From a virus (Duplodnaviria > Caudoviricetes), in IMG/VR virus record IMGVR_UViG_3300037046_000311, positions 1 to 35,947 of that record: a stretch of DNA of 35,947 bases. The stretch is one strand, 5' to 3'. The position numbers and the translations under genes were made by a program. Below the pieces are notes generated by a model, which had not been told where the DNA came from, made no database searches, and saw only the letters and a program-made list of their open reading frames with translations. Below, piece after piece: positions 19,140 to 26,949 of the stretch. Position 1 is the stretch's first letter. Every line of letters starts with the position of its first letter.

Positions 19140-19377
19140 CCAACCTCATACTTCCAAGTCCAAACAACATCCAGTTCAGGTTTACTTTACGACGGATGCA
19201 AAACATCACAACATCTTCATACGGGATCAACCCGCGCATCTTCATCACTGCCAAATTGTTAGGTTTAAGACCCAACACGAAAGCAACGTGTTTGTCCTTG
19301 ATCTTCTTGGTAGGATATTCATGACTTATCACATCCTTGATTCTCTCGACGATCTCATCCATTCTATTTCCGTTCAT
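19117..19377 (-). CDS. CI-type HTH DNA-binding protein, candidate late regulator
   Basis: DKHVAFVLGLKPNNLAVMKMRGLIPY..VNLNWMLFG; last gene before the packaging module. Confidence 0.7.
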   Translation of the reverse strand: MNGNRMDEIVERIKDVISHEYPTKKIKDKHVAFVLGLKPNNLAVMKMRGLIPYEDVVMFCIRRKVNLNWMLFGLGSMRLDDAVKSL

Positions 19378-19976
19378 GACACCCTCACTTGGTTTGATAA
19401 TCCGATCATCATCTCATTGACTGATCGTGCAGGATTAAGTGCCGGTACTGTCGTATGCTTTTGAATCACATATGCGGCACGTACTTGGATAATCTCTTTT
19501 GTGTGTCCGTTCTCTCTCTCGGACAATCCGATCAAGTGTGTTGGATGAATTTCGAGTTTGGAATGGATCCCGTACAGTTTCGGAAACTCTTTACGAATCC
19601 ACTTCATCTCTGACACATCCTGAGAACATAGCCACACCCAACCGCCGAGTGCATCGATGACAGAGTTAACGACTGGATCTTGGAATGTGACAGAGGCATA
19701 CTTCCCCGCTTTATATATCCCACGTTCAACATCGCTCCACGCCAACATCGCTATCGCTTCGATGTCAGGTTTGGCATAGTCGAGTATTTCGGCAGGCTTT
19801 GGAAAGTATGCAAACTTTCTCCCCGATAATATTGATTTGATCGAGGCAGTGAACTCAGCATCGCTCATATCGCTCAACACCATCCAGTAGCCATCCAACA
19901 ATGCACCACTTACTTTTCGATCATACAACTCACCGAGCATTGTCATGTGAGCACTAAATAAATCAGGGTTAAGCAT
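19374..19976 (-). CDS. Replication accessory protein (DUF6475-like, possible helicase loader/inhibitor)
   Basis: YW..L..FPKPAEI..AW..V..SVTFQDP..LGGW..LC pattern; directly after the initiator. Confidence 0.65.
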   Translation of the reverse strand: MLNPDLFSAHMTMLGELYDRKVSGALLDGYWMVLSDMSDAEFTASIKSILSGRKFAYFPKPAEILDYAKPDIEAIAMLAWSDVERGIYKAGKYASVTFQDPVVNSVIDALGGWVWLCSQDVSEMKWIRKEFPKLYGIHSKLEIHPTHLIGLSERENGHTKEIIQVRAAYVIQKHTTVPALNPARSVNEMMIGLSNQVRVS

Positions 19977-20742
19977 GTCTTGGCTCCCATTTTTTTACTA
20001 CTTCGATATTGTGCGCCGTCGTGTCGCTGATCGCACCACTCGCAGCCATAGCCCGTGCCGCGCTGATATGTTCGTTGAGATAACCCTCGAACTTAGGACC
20101 GAACAATGTTTCAGGTCTCAAGAATGACACCATCTTCGTATCGTTTTTCCATACTGCTGTTTTTTTATCGATCACCGTTTTGAAATCTTCAATAGTGAAC
20201 CCCTCTTTCATCCGAGCATCGATGAGCTGTTTTGTTTTCGGGGTTGATGCACGGTAGCTTGATCCGATTTGTTCGTTGAGATAGGTGATGATCGTTTCGT
20301 ATGGTTTATCCACAGGTTTTATTTGGGGGGCTTTAGGGGAAGATTCAACTGACGGTTCAACCTGATGGTTAAGTGATGGTTCATATACCCCCCCACCACG
20401 TTGGGAGTCCCCCCCCATATCGTTGGGGGTACCCCCCCCACCACGTTGGGAGTCCCCCCCCATATAGTTGGGGGTAGTATCCGCATGAATTTTATATAGA
20501 TTTGATGTAGTGCTATTGTTATCTCTCGTCCGTGTTTCTCTTGATAAAAACCCTAATTTTATGAGTCTATTAATGACATTCCGTAATCCCTGATCGCTTA
20601 ACCCTGTTTTTGACATAATCGTCGTATATGACGGGTAACACTCCCCATCATCGTTAGCATGATCGGCAAGAGCTATAAGTACGAATTTATCGGTACTCTT
20701 TAAGTCCAGTTCCCAAACTTTTGACATTATTTTTATACTCAT
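19969..20742 (-). CDS. Phage replication initiator (N-terminal HTH, conserved phage C-terminal domain)
   Basis: VLIALADHANDDGECYPS; FKTVIDKK..W..FLRPETLFGPKFEGYLN; internal iterons. Confidence 0.9.
   Translation of the reverse strand: MSIKIMSKVWELDLKSTDKFVLIALADHANDDGECYPSYTTIMSKTGLSDQGLRNVINRLIKLGFLSRETRTRDNNSTTSNLYKIHADTTPNYMGGDSQRGGGGTPNDMGGDSQRGGGVYEPSLNHQVEPSVESSPKAPQIKPVDKPYETIITYLNEQIGSSYRASTPKTKQLIDARMKEGFTIEDFKTVIDKKTAVWKNDTKMVSFLRPETLFGPKFEGYLNEHISAARAMAASGAISDTTAHNIEVVKKWEPRHA
20386..20476. repeat. Replication origin iterons inside the initiator gene
   Basis: ~45-bp unit repeated twice, giving four CCCCA-N4-GTTGGG elements. Confidence 0.8.
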
Positions 20743-21152
20743 GCCGCGTCCTTGTCTTTAACTTCATAATGAACCGTATATGCTCTTTTTTGCCCTATGC
20801 CGAGCGTACCTGCAAGCGCGAAAGTATGTGGAGCCACTTTGTTATCCACACACCACCGTATAAGCCACTCTGTAGCCTCTGTGCGGTTCAGGGGGCAGAA
20901 CTTCGCCACCACATTACCTAACCCGCCTAACGTAGCGATAAGCCTCCCGTAAACACTCGGTAATGCTTCATCGCCTGAGCGTATGGAAAATATATCAATC
21001 TCTCGTTTGTGATCGTATACGCTGGATAAGCGCATTATGCAGGTGAAAGCGATGTCAAACTGCCTCATCTGATAGGAATCGTGTCGATTGAATTGGACTT
21101 GCATGACATGACCTAATACGCTTTCGCGCCCTCTCGATGCTGATACTCGCAT
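20739..21152 (-). CDS. Hypothetical protein
   Basis: ORF whose stop overlaps the initiator ATG; start uncertain. Confidence 0.55.
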   Translation of the reverse strand: MRVSASRGRESVLGHVMQVQFNRHDSYQMRQFDIAFTCIMRLSSVYDHKREIDIFSIRSGDEALPSVYGRLIATLGGLGNVVAKFCPLNRTEATEWLIRWCVDNKVAPHTFALAGTLGIGQKRAYTVHYEVKDKDAA

Positions 21153-21391
21153 CCTTTGTCTCGGTAGAAATAGCGAGCATGAGTTCCGCCTCGATCATTC
21201 GGCTCATAGATCACCATGAGGGGACTTACTGCATTAGCATCATCGAACTTGGCTTTCAGGTCGGAGATACGCTGGGTAAGATGGCGAATCCCTTTTGCGT
21301 AGGCTTCATCATAGGTCAACGACCCGCCCTTCATAAAATGAGTGTGAAGCGTATACGGTGTTGAGTTCGGTTTAAAGGTGATCGTCGCCAT
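21113..21391 (-). CDS. Winged-helix DNA-binding protein
   Basis: SLTYDEAYAKGIRHLTQRISDLK..HARYF pattern. Confidence 0.7.
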   Translation of the reverse strand: MATITFKPNSTPYTLHTHFMKGGSLTYDEAYAKGIRHLTQRISDLKAKFDDANAVSPLMVIYEPNDRGGTHARYFYRDKGCEYQHREGAKAY

Positions 21392-21577
21392 AGTTAACAC
21401 TCACAATTTATTTTTTGAGATATTGTTTGGGCTTTACACTTTGTAAATTGCAAAGCCATAACCCCTATTCTCTTCTCAAAAAAGAGCCAGTGCCTTACTT
21501 TTTTGACACCCAAAAAAACTTTTTTACCCTCGAAGCATTGATGCCCAACCATAATAATTATTTTCAAGACCATTCCC

Positions 21578-22051
21578 CTATTTAAGTTTTTCGAGGACAG
21601 CGTGGAGCGCACCGAGTTCGTCGGTCGCTATTTTTCGCAGGTGTGCACGTTCGGTTTCATCGATCTTACCGTCGGCGATAGCGTTGTTGAGAGATTTACT
21701 CAGCTCCCCAGTATGCGATTGAACGTCCAACGTCGCACGCATCACCTCGATGATCGTGCAAGATGCCCCGTCTCTGATCTTGCCGGACTCTTTCATCGCG
21801 TCGATGATCCGTGGATCTCCGGTGAGGATAGTGAGCTCGATTACGCGATCAACTGATAAAGGCTTGTCTTGATTTGGGTCAAGCACGGCGTATAAATATT
21901 TTCCAGTTGTGTTGAGAAGTTCTGCAACGCGCCCAATTTTGCAATTATTTTTTTCCATATAATCGCGTACTACAATTTGAGCAGTTTCATACACTTCGCG
22001 AAACGGGACCGCTTCACTAGCGAACATTTCTTCTAATGGGGGTTTTTTCAT
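21578..22051 (-). CDS. CII-like phage regulatory protein
   Basis: VAELLNTTGKYLYAVLDPN HTH; AIADGKIDETE C-terminal motif; follows cro. Confidence 0.75.
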   Translation of the reverse strand: MKKPPLEEMFASEAVPFREVYETAQIVVRDYMEKNNCKIGRVAELLNTTGKYLYAVLDPNQDKPLSVDRVIELTILTGDPRIIDAMKESGKIRDGASCTIIEVMRATLDVQSHTGELSKSLNNAIADGKIDETERAHLRKIATDELGALHAVLEKLK

Positions 22052-22293
22052 GCTATCTCCTCAGGGTGGAATTGTTTTTTTGATTCTTCTTGATGGTGCA
22101 CGGGGGTATCTGGCATACTTACAAATGATTTGCCAAATATGAACGGTTTAATGTCATACCCTGCATGATGAATCTTTAGTAGCTTTTTACGGCTAAGAAG
22201 TCTTTTTGCATTTAAAGCCAGACTTATTTCGGCAGGATAAAGCCCTGTTTCTCCAGCTATTTGAACGTTTGTTTTATCTTCAATAGTTTTCAT
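22048..22293 (-). CDS. Cro-like regulator
   Basis: Short HTH (TNVQIAGETGLYPAEISLALN) divergent from cI. Confidence 0.75.
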   Translation of the reverse strand: MKTIEDKTNVQIAGETGLYPAEISLALNAKRLLSRKKLLKIHHAGYDIKPFIFGKSFVSMPDTPVHHQEESKKQFHPEEIA

Positions 22294-22299
22294 GGAACA

Positions 22300-22378
22300 A
22301 ATATTACTAAAATAGAAATAATTTAAAGCTTAAAAAGTTTCTATTTTAGTAATTAATAACAGTTACTATAATAGTAAT
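22300..22378. promoter_or_regulatory. OR-like region: three 17-bp operators with PR (TAATAT 22306-22301, minus) and PRM (TATAAT 22367-22372, plus)
   Basis: ATTACTAAAATAGAAAT 22303-22319; GTTTCTATTTTAGTAAT 22337-22353; GTTACTATAATAGTAAT 22362-22378. Confidence 0.82.
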
Positions 22379-22397
22379 AAAATAAAGGCAATGGATT

Positions 22398-23048
22398 ATG
22401 ACACCGGAAGATAGATTAAAAATGTGGGTAGATGAGGGTGGTAGAGGCACTCAAACTAAGCTTGCAAAACATTTAAACACTACTACGGTGGCTGTAAATA
22501 AGTGGATAAATGACCCTGCATATAAAATTCAGACAGAGCACATGGTTGCAATTGAGGACTTTTTTGGAAAGCCAAGAGGATCGCTTCTCGATGATAATCT
22601 TAAATCTGTTATGAATGTTCCTGTTATTGGCGAAACTTCATGCGGTGCGGCAATAGGTTCATCTTTTCAAGATGTTGGTCGTACTTGCTACTATAGAGGC
22701 GATATGTTCCATAATGATTTATATTGCGTGATCGCTTCGGGCGATAGTATGGCTCCTGAGATAGAGGATGGTGATGAGATCGTCTGTGATCCTAGAGTAA
22801 AGCCTGCTCACGGGGATTTGGTTCATTATCTCATACACGGTGAGAGTGCTGTAAAAGTGTATGTCGTTGATAACGACGCTCATATCGTTCAGTTTGTACC
22901 GTATAACTCATCTGAGACTTTTAAAACACGGACGATACGGTTGGACGATGAGGAAGCAGGAGAACTAAAAATTGTGAAAGTGGTAGCAGTAAATAAACTA
23001 AAGTTTAATAATAAATCAGCTCGGCTAAAGCTGATTGGTAGAGCCTAA
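22398..23048 (+). CDS. CI-like repressor (HTH + S24 autopeptidase)
   Basis: TQTKLAKHLNTTTVAVNKW HTH; SCG cleavage site; GDSM catalytic Ser; AVK catalytic Lys. Confidence 0.93.
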   Translation: MTPEDRLKMWVDEGGRGTQTKLAKHLNTTTVAVNKWINDPAYKIQTEHMVAIEDFFGKPRGSLLDDNLKSVMNVPVIGETSCGAAIGSSFQDVGRTCYYRGDMFHNDLYCVIASGDSMAPEIEDGDEIVCDPRVKPAHGDLVHYLIHGESAVKVYVVDNDAHIVQFVPYNSSETFKTRTIRLDDEEAGELKIVKVVAVNKLKFNNKSARLKLIGRA

Positions 23049-23051
23049 AAA

Positions 23052-23363
23052 TTAGTTACTTATTTTTGGCCTTGTAATATAATACATTAGCCCGAGAGGC
23101 AACCCTACAACTATCCAAACAACAAACAAAACTACAGTTCCTGCAAGCCCTGCTATTCCTGCCCCATCCTCTGAGCCTATCAACCCAAAAAACATCGATA
23201 GAAAAATCAGGATCATTATGAAATTAAACGCTTCAAAAACAAACTCAAATATTTTACCTACAATGGTTCGTTCAGGTACCTTAACCATATAACCGCAATG
23301 CGGGCATCTATATGTAGTGTTACTTACTTCTTTACCGCATTCAGGGCATTTTATCAAAGCCAT
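23052..23363 (-). CDS. Zinc-ribbon membrane protein (moron; possible superinfection exclusion)
   Basis: MALIKCPECGKEVS..CPHCG followed by two TM helices. Confidence 0.8.
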   Translation of the reverse strand: MALIKCPECGKEVSNTTYRCPHCGYMVKVPERTIVGKIFEFVFEAFNFIMILIFLSMFFGLIGSEDGAGIAGLAGTVVLFVVWIVVGLPLGLMYYITRPKISN

Positions 23364-23371
23364 ACTTTTCC

Positions 23372-24436
23372 TTATTCTTTCCCTAATATCCGCTTATTAA
23401 GAGCTTGTTTTAACTCAGCTTTGAATTTATACAGATCCTCAACTCGATCAATATTGGTTTTAACTTCAGAACCTTTTTCGTCGCCGGGGAATGCAATAGC
23501 TTTTTGTTTGCCATTAAAATATAAACGACATAGCCATTTCGTAACTTTACCTTGATAGAGAATTGTAAAATAATTTACAGTGTCTTTAAATGTAATATTA
23601 CCTAGATCTGTCTCATTTCCGAGCAATGATTTTACAATATAATATCCCTCAAGTTCTTCATCAGTGGTAATAATTTGATTCTTTTCTTCTTGGATTGGTT
23701 CTTGATCCATAGTAATATCTATTTGTAAGTTTGATTGTAAAGCATTTATTTTATCGCTTGCAATATCATGTAAAACTTCTGAAAACGACTTTTTAATATA
23801 CCCTCTAAATTCATCGATTACTACCGCAGTCATCATCTTATCAGTCAACTTACGTGCAAATAGTTTGACAAAATCATCAGAAGGGTTTTCAATCTCTACT
23901 TTAAACGCTGATTGTATCTCCCTATGAAATTTCTTTGCACTCGCCATGTTTAAAATAGAGTCTACATCCAAACTGTCTTTAGCAAACCGTTCAAGCTCTT
24001 TTATATCACGGTCACGTAGATTTTCTAGATTTACAACTAGAAACGGCACCTTATCCATTCGGTTAGTCTCTTCAATGTCTGAAAAAAATCTGTATTCTAA
24101 CCCATTGGTCAAAATTGCAAATTTAGCGTCTGTTACATTAAAATAACGGATCAACTGGTTATTATGGTTATCGAGTTTTTCCGTATGGTTTTTAGCCTCA
24201 ATAACCATAATAGGATGTCCATCTCGTAGAATAGCATAATCTACTTTTTCACCTTTTTTTATTCCTATATCAGCAGTAAACTCAGGAACTACAATAGTAG
24301 GATCAAATACGTCGTAACCCAATGAGCTCAAAAACGGCATAATAAATGAATGTTTTGTAGCCTCTTCCGTCAAAATCTTTTCTTTTAAAGTTTTAATCCG
24401 CTCAGAAAGCTGTTTTAGTTTAATCTCCAAATCCAT
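23372..24436 (-). CDS. HsdR N-terminal-like (PD-(D/E)XK) endonuclease domain protein (moron)
   Basis: TEEATK..LGYDVFDP..PE..GEKVDYAI..IEAK..QL.RYF..ILTNG; ATG 24436 with AAGGA SD. Confidence 0.88.
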   Translation of the reverse strand: MDLEIKLKQLSERIKTLKEKILTEEATKHSFIMPFLSSLGYDVFDPTIVVPEFTADIGIKKGEKVDYAILRDGHPIMVIEAKNHTEKLDNHNNQLIRYFNVTDAKFAILTNGLEYRFFSDIEETNRMDKVPFLVVNLENLRDRDIKELERFAKDSLDVDSILNMASAKKFHREIQSAFKVEIENPSDDFVKLFARKLTDKMMTAVVIDEFRGYIKKSFSEVLHDIASDKINALQSNLQIDITMDQEPIQEEKNQIITTDEELEGYYIVKSLLGNETDLGNITFKDTVNYFTILYQGKVTKWLCRLYFNGKQKAIAFPGDEKGSEVKTNIDRVEDLYKFKAELKQALNKRILGKE

Positions 24437-24484
24437 ACATTTATCCTTCACAAATATTCATATTTATCATTATCGCCTAAATAA

Positions 24485-24538
24485 ATTACTATTTTAGAAA
24501 CTTTTTAAGCTTTGATTAATTACTAAATTAGTAATATT
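24485..24538 (+). promoter_or_regulatory. OL/PL-like promoter with two 17-bp operators
   Basis: ATTACTATTTTAGAAAC 24485-24501 and ATTACTAAATTAGTAAT 24519-24535; -10 TAATAT 24532-24537; near copy of the reverse complement of 22300-22353. Confidence 0.82.
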
Positions 24539-24678
24539 CTTCAAGCGAGTTAAAAAACGAGCTATCAAACGGGGCGAGTTGCCCTGAGACCTGACAGTGA
24601 AAAGTAACCGTTGATCGGTGGTGCTGGTTTGGGATGAGTTTCCGATGACAGGAGACTGAACGGCGAAGCAGCCGTGAT

Positions 24679-24698
24679 AATTTTCCCGCGGGAAAATT
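24679..24698. promoter_or_regulatory. Candidate parS palindrome 2
   Basis: AATTTTCCCGCGGGAAAATT, perfect 20-bp palindrome. Confidence 0.62.
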
Positions 24699-24959
24699 TG
24701 AGATAATGAGTGTCTAATGAAGCCCATCGAGACAAGGCGATGGGTTTCACAACCACTCGAAGCAGTCGCGCCAATGAACAATCCATCATACGATCTCCTA
24801 AATCGAAACGGCATTACCGAGCGACCGCTTCACTCCCCCCTACCCCAGAGTCGAACAAACCACAAAGATGGGATTTTTATTGCAAGGTGGGGGATAGAGC
24901 TTTCTACGAGGCACAGGTTCCCTTTGTGGTTCGCTGAGTCACGTAGAGAGCTTACAAAA

Positions 24960-24973
24960 TTTCCCTCGGGAAA
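24960..24973. promoter_or_regulatory. Candidate parS palindrome 3 (one mismatch)
   Basis: TTTCCCTCGGGAAA just upstream of the first PL gene. Confidence 0.55.
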
Positions 24974-24996
24974 ATCCACCCGAAAAAGGTCAAGTT

Positions 24997-25257
24997 ATGA
25001 TTTGTGAAAAATGCTTTAAAGAATACGAACAAAAGTTTATAGGGAAGTTCACAGATGGAGGAGCTGAAACAGTAGAAGTTTCCAAAATCCCTATTGGTTC
25101 ATTGTTGCTTACCAATTATAAACCTTATTTTAGACTCTATTTTAAAGCGCATAAGCCTCTTAAAAAAGGTGGAGTCAAGGAAATAAAATTTGAGCAAATG
25201 TTCAGAGCTGAATTTTGTGCTAATTGTGGAGAAAAACAATCAAAGGACACCGCATGA
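24997..25257 (+). CDS. Zinc-finger hypothetical protein
   Basis: CEKC and CANC pairs; AAGG SD; stop overlaps the parA ATG. Confidence 0.7.
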   Translation: MICEKCFKEYEQKFIGKFTDGGAETVEVSKIPIGSLLLTNYKPYFRLYFKAHKPLKKGGVKEIKFEQMFRAEFCANCGEKQSKDTA

Positions 25258-25865
25258 TCATCACCCTCGCACACACCAAAGGCGGTGTCGGAAAATCAAC
25301 TCTCGCGTGGCATCTCGCTCACGGCCTGAAACAAACCGATAAAGTCGAGATCGTAGACATGGACTTCAACCAAACACTCTACTACATCAACCGCATGGCA
25401 GGAAACCCGTTCCCTGTTCACCAACCGCGCAACGTTGCAGAGCTATACGATCTGATCAGCCGTACCACACATGACGTTACACTCATTATGGATATCGGAG
25501 GATTCGACAGCGATCTAAACCGTGCGGCGATACGTCACAGCGATCACGTCATCATCCCTATCACCCCTGATCGGGTCACTGAAGTTTTAGGGTTCCGTAC
25601 ATTTGATGCGATCCTATCCGAACTAGACACCATCGATACAAAGTTTCACATACTGTTCAACAATATCCACGCCTCTACCCGCAACTTCGACAAATTCAAA
25701 AAAGCGGTCAAAGGTGAGAGATTCACGATTCTGAAAAGCGCGATCCGATCCCGCAAAATCTATTACTCGACGATGGGTAACGGTCAGAGCGTATTTGACA
25801 GCATCGGAAACGTATCGGCACAAAGGGAAATTGAGGAGCTTATCGATGAACTTAGCCAAGCTTGA
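25254..25865 (+). CDS. parA: ParA-family Walker ATPase (short type, no N-terminal HTH)
   Basis: Deviant Walker A KGGVGKST, VDMDFNQ, IMDIGG; ATG 25254. Confidence 0.92.
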   Translation: MIITLAHTKGGVGKSTLAWHLAHGLKQTDKVEIVDMDFNQTLYYINRMAGNPFPVHQPRNVAELYDLISRTTHDVTLIMDIGGFDSDLNRAAIRHSDHVIIPITPDRVTEVLGFRTFDAILSELDTIDTKFHILFNNIHASTRNFDKFKKAVKGERFTILKSAIRSRKIYYSTMGNGQSVFDSIGNVSAQREIEELIDELSQA

Positions 25866-26646
25866 CGAAGTCATAAACGAAACTGCCCCGCGTACGAACG
25901 GTATCCAAAACGGAACCGCTGATCTGTATTTGCATGAAGTCTACCCCAACCCCGACCAACCCCGAAAACACTTCGACCCCGTTTCACTCTCAGAGCTTGC
26001 CGAATCGATCAAGTCAAAAGGGTTGATGCAGCCGATAGTCGTAGTACGTCGAAGCGACGGGTATATGATCATATCGGGTGAGCGACGGTACCGAGCGCAT
26101 CAGATCAACGCATCGATCACCATCCGCGCCATCGTCACCGACCGAGACGATCTATCTATCGACGAAATGGCACTGATCGAGAACATCCAGCGCGACGACT
26201 TGACCGATTATGAAATCGCTATGGCAATCGTGCGGTTATGGGAGAGCGGACAGTACGAACAAAAGACACAACTCGCCCAAGCCATCGCCAAACCGCTCTC
26301 GTATGTCTCAAAGGCGTTCGCGTGTGTAAACCTCGACGAGACAATCAAATCGGACATAGAGGAGAACAAAAGCGATATTGGACTATCCGTTCTCCAAGAA
26401 CTCAGCCGTGTCGATCCTGATAAGCAGTGTGAGGTCTATGATCGCTACAAAGCCGGAGATATCAAGCGGGATGATTTTAAAGAGGCGGGGAAATCGGAGC
26501 CGAAAGTTTCCCGCGGGAAAATGAAGCATATTTCAACTATTTTTGCTAAAGGCGGAGATTCAGTAGGATCTATCAATTTTGACAAAATCATTTCAGAGTT
26601 AGACCCATCTACACAGTACAGAATCACCATCGAGGAGATCCTATGA
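25846..26646 (+). CDS. parB: ParB-family partition protein (CTPase domain + HTH)
   Basis: PNPDQPRKHFD, GLMQPIVV, ISGERRYRA (GxxR), ALIENIQRDDL, HTH; ATG 25846 with GAGGAG SD. Confidence 0.93.
   Translation: MNLAKLDEVINETAPRTNGIQNGTADLYLHEVYPNPDQPRKHFDPVSLSELAESIKSKGLMQPIVVVRRSDGYMIISGERRYRAHQINASITIRAIVTDRDDLSIDEMALIENIQRDDLTDYEIAMAIVRLWESGQYEQKTQLAQAIAKPLSYVSKAFACVNLDETIKSDIEENKSDIGLSVLQELSRVDPDKQCEVYDRYKAGDIKRDDFKEAGKSEPKVSRGKMKHISTIFAKGGDSVGSINFDKIISELDPSTQYRITIEEIL
26507..26520. promoter_or_regulatory. Candidate parS palindrome 4 (inside parB)
   Basis: TTTCCCGCGGGAAA, encoding VSRGK. Confidence 0.62.
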
Positions 26647-26798
26647 AGTACAAATCCCTCAGCATAGGCGAAGCCGTGCGAATACTCGAAGAAATAGAAA
26701 AGGAGAGACGATGTTTATTACTTGGAACCTCATTGAAACCAATTTTGAAAAGCTCCTCGAATGGTGCGAACAAAATGATCTCTTATAAGGCGGCGTGA
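26643..26798 (+). CDS. Small hypothetical protein (51 aa)
   Basis: ATGA overlap with the parB stop; GAGGAG SD. Confidence 0.5.
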   Translation: MKYKSLSIGEAVRILEEIEKERRCLLLGTSLKPILKSSSNGANKMISYKAA

Positions 26799-26799
26799 G

Positions 26800-26949
26800 A
26801 TGTTTTTAGCAAACTGCGTATTGTGTGAATTCATTATGGTGATGGCGGTAGTCGTTGTCCTTTCGGGGCTCGGCATTGCATCGGGTAGATCAAAGCGTCG
26901 ATACGGTGAAAACCCGCCCGACGCGAAATACAGTAAGGGGCGAAGATGA
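26800..26949 (+). CDS. Small membrane peptide (49 aa)
   Basis: MFLANCVLCEFIMVMAVVVVLSGLGIA plus basic tail; stop overlaps the next ATG. Confidence 0.5.
   Translation: MFLANCVLCEFIMVMAVVVVLSGLGIASGRSKRRYGENPPDAKYSKGRR

Larger units (their letters stand above)
24544..24996 (+). ncRNA. Candidate large structured leader RNA downstream of PL
   Basis: GC-richer ~450-nt gap with at least seven stems including G-U pairs; no SD-supported ORF. Confidence 0.55.

Noticed and set aside
24568-24612. Hammerhead or TPP riboswitch suggested by CUGAGA..GAAA
   Set aside because: Hammerhead needs CUGANGA plus stem III and a cleavage triplet; the TPP 3' half is absent
24494-25007. ORFs of 74-106 aa on both strands over the PL leader
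   Set aside because: No SD, no recognisable motifs, mutually overlapping; base-pairing explains the region better, though coding is not formally excluded
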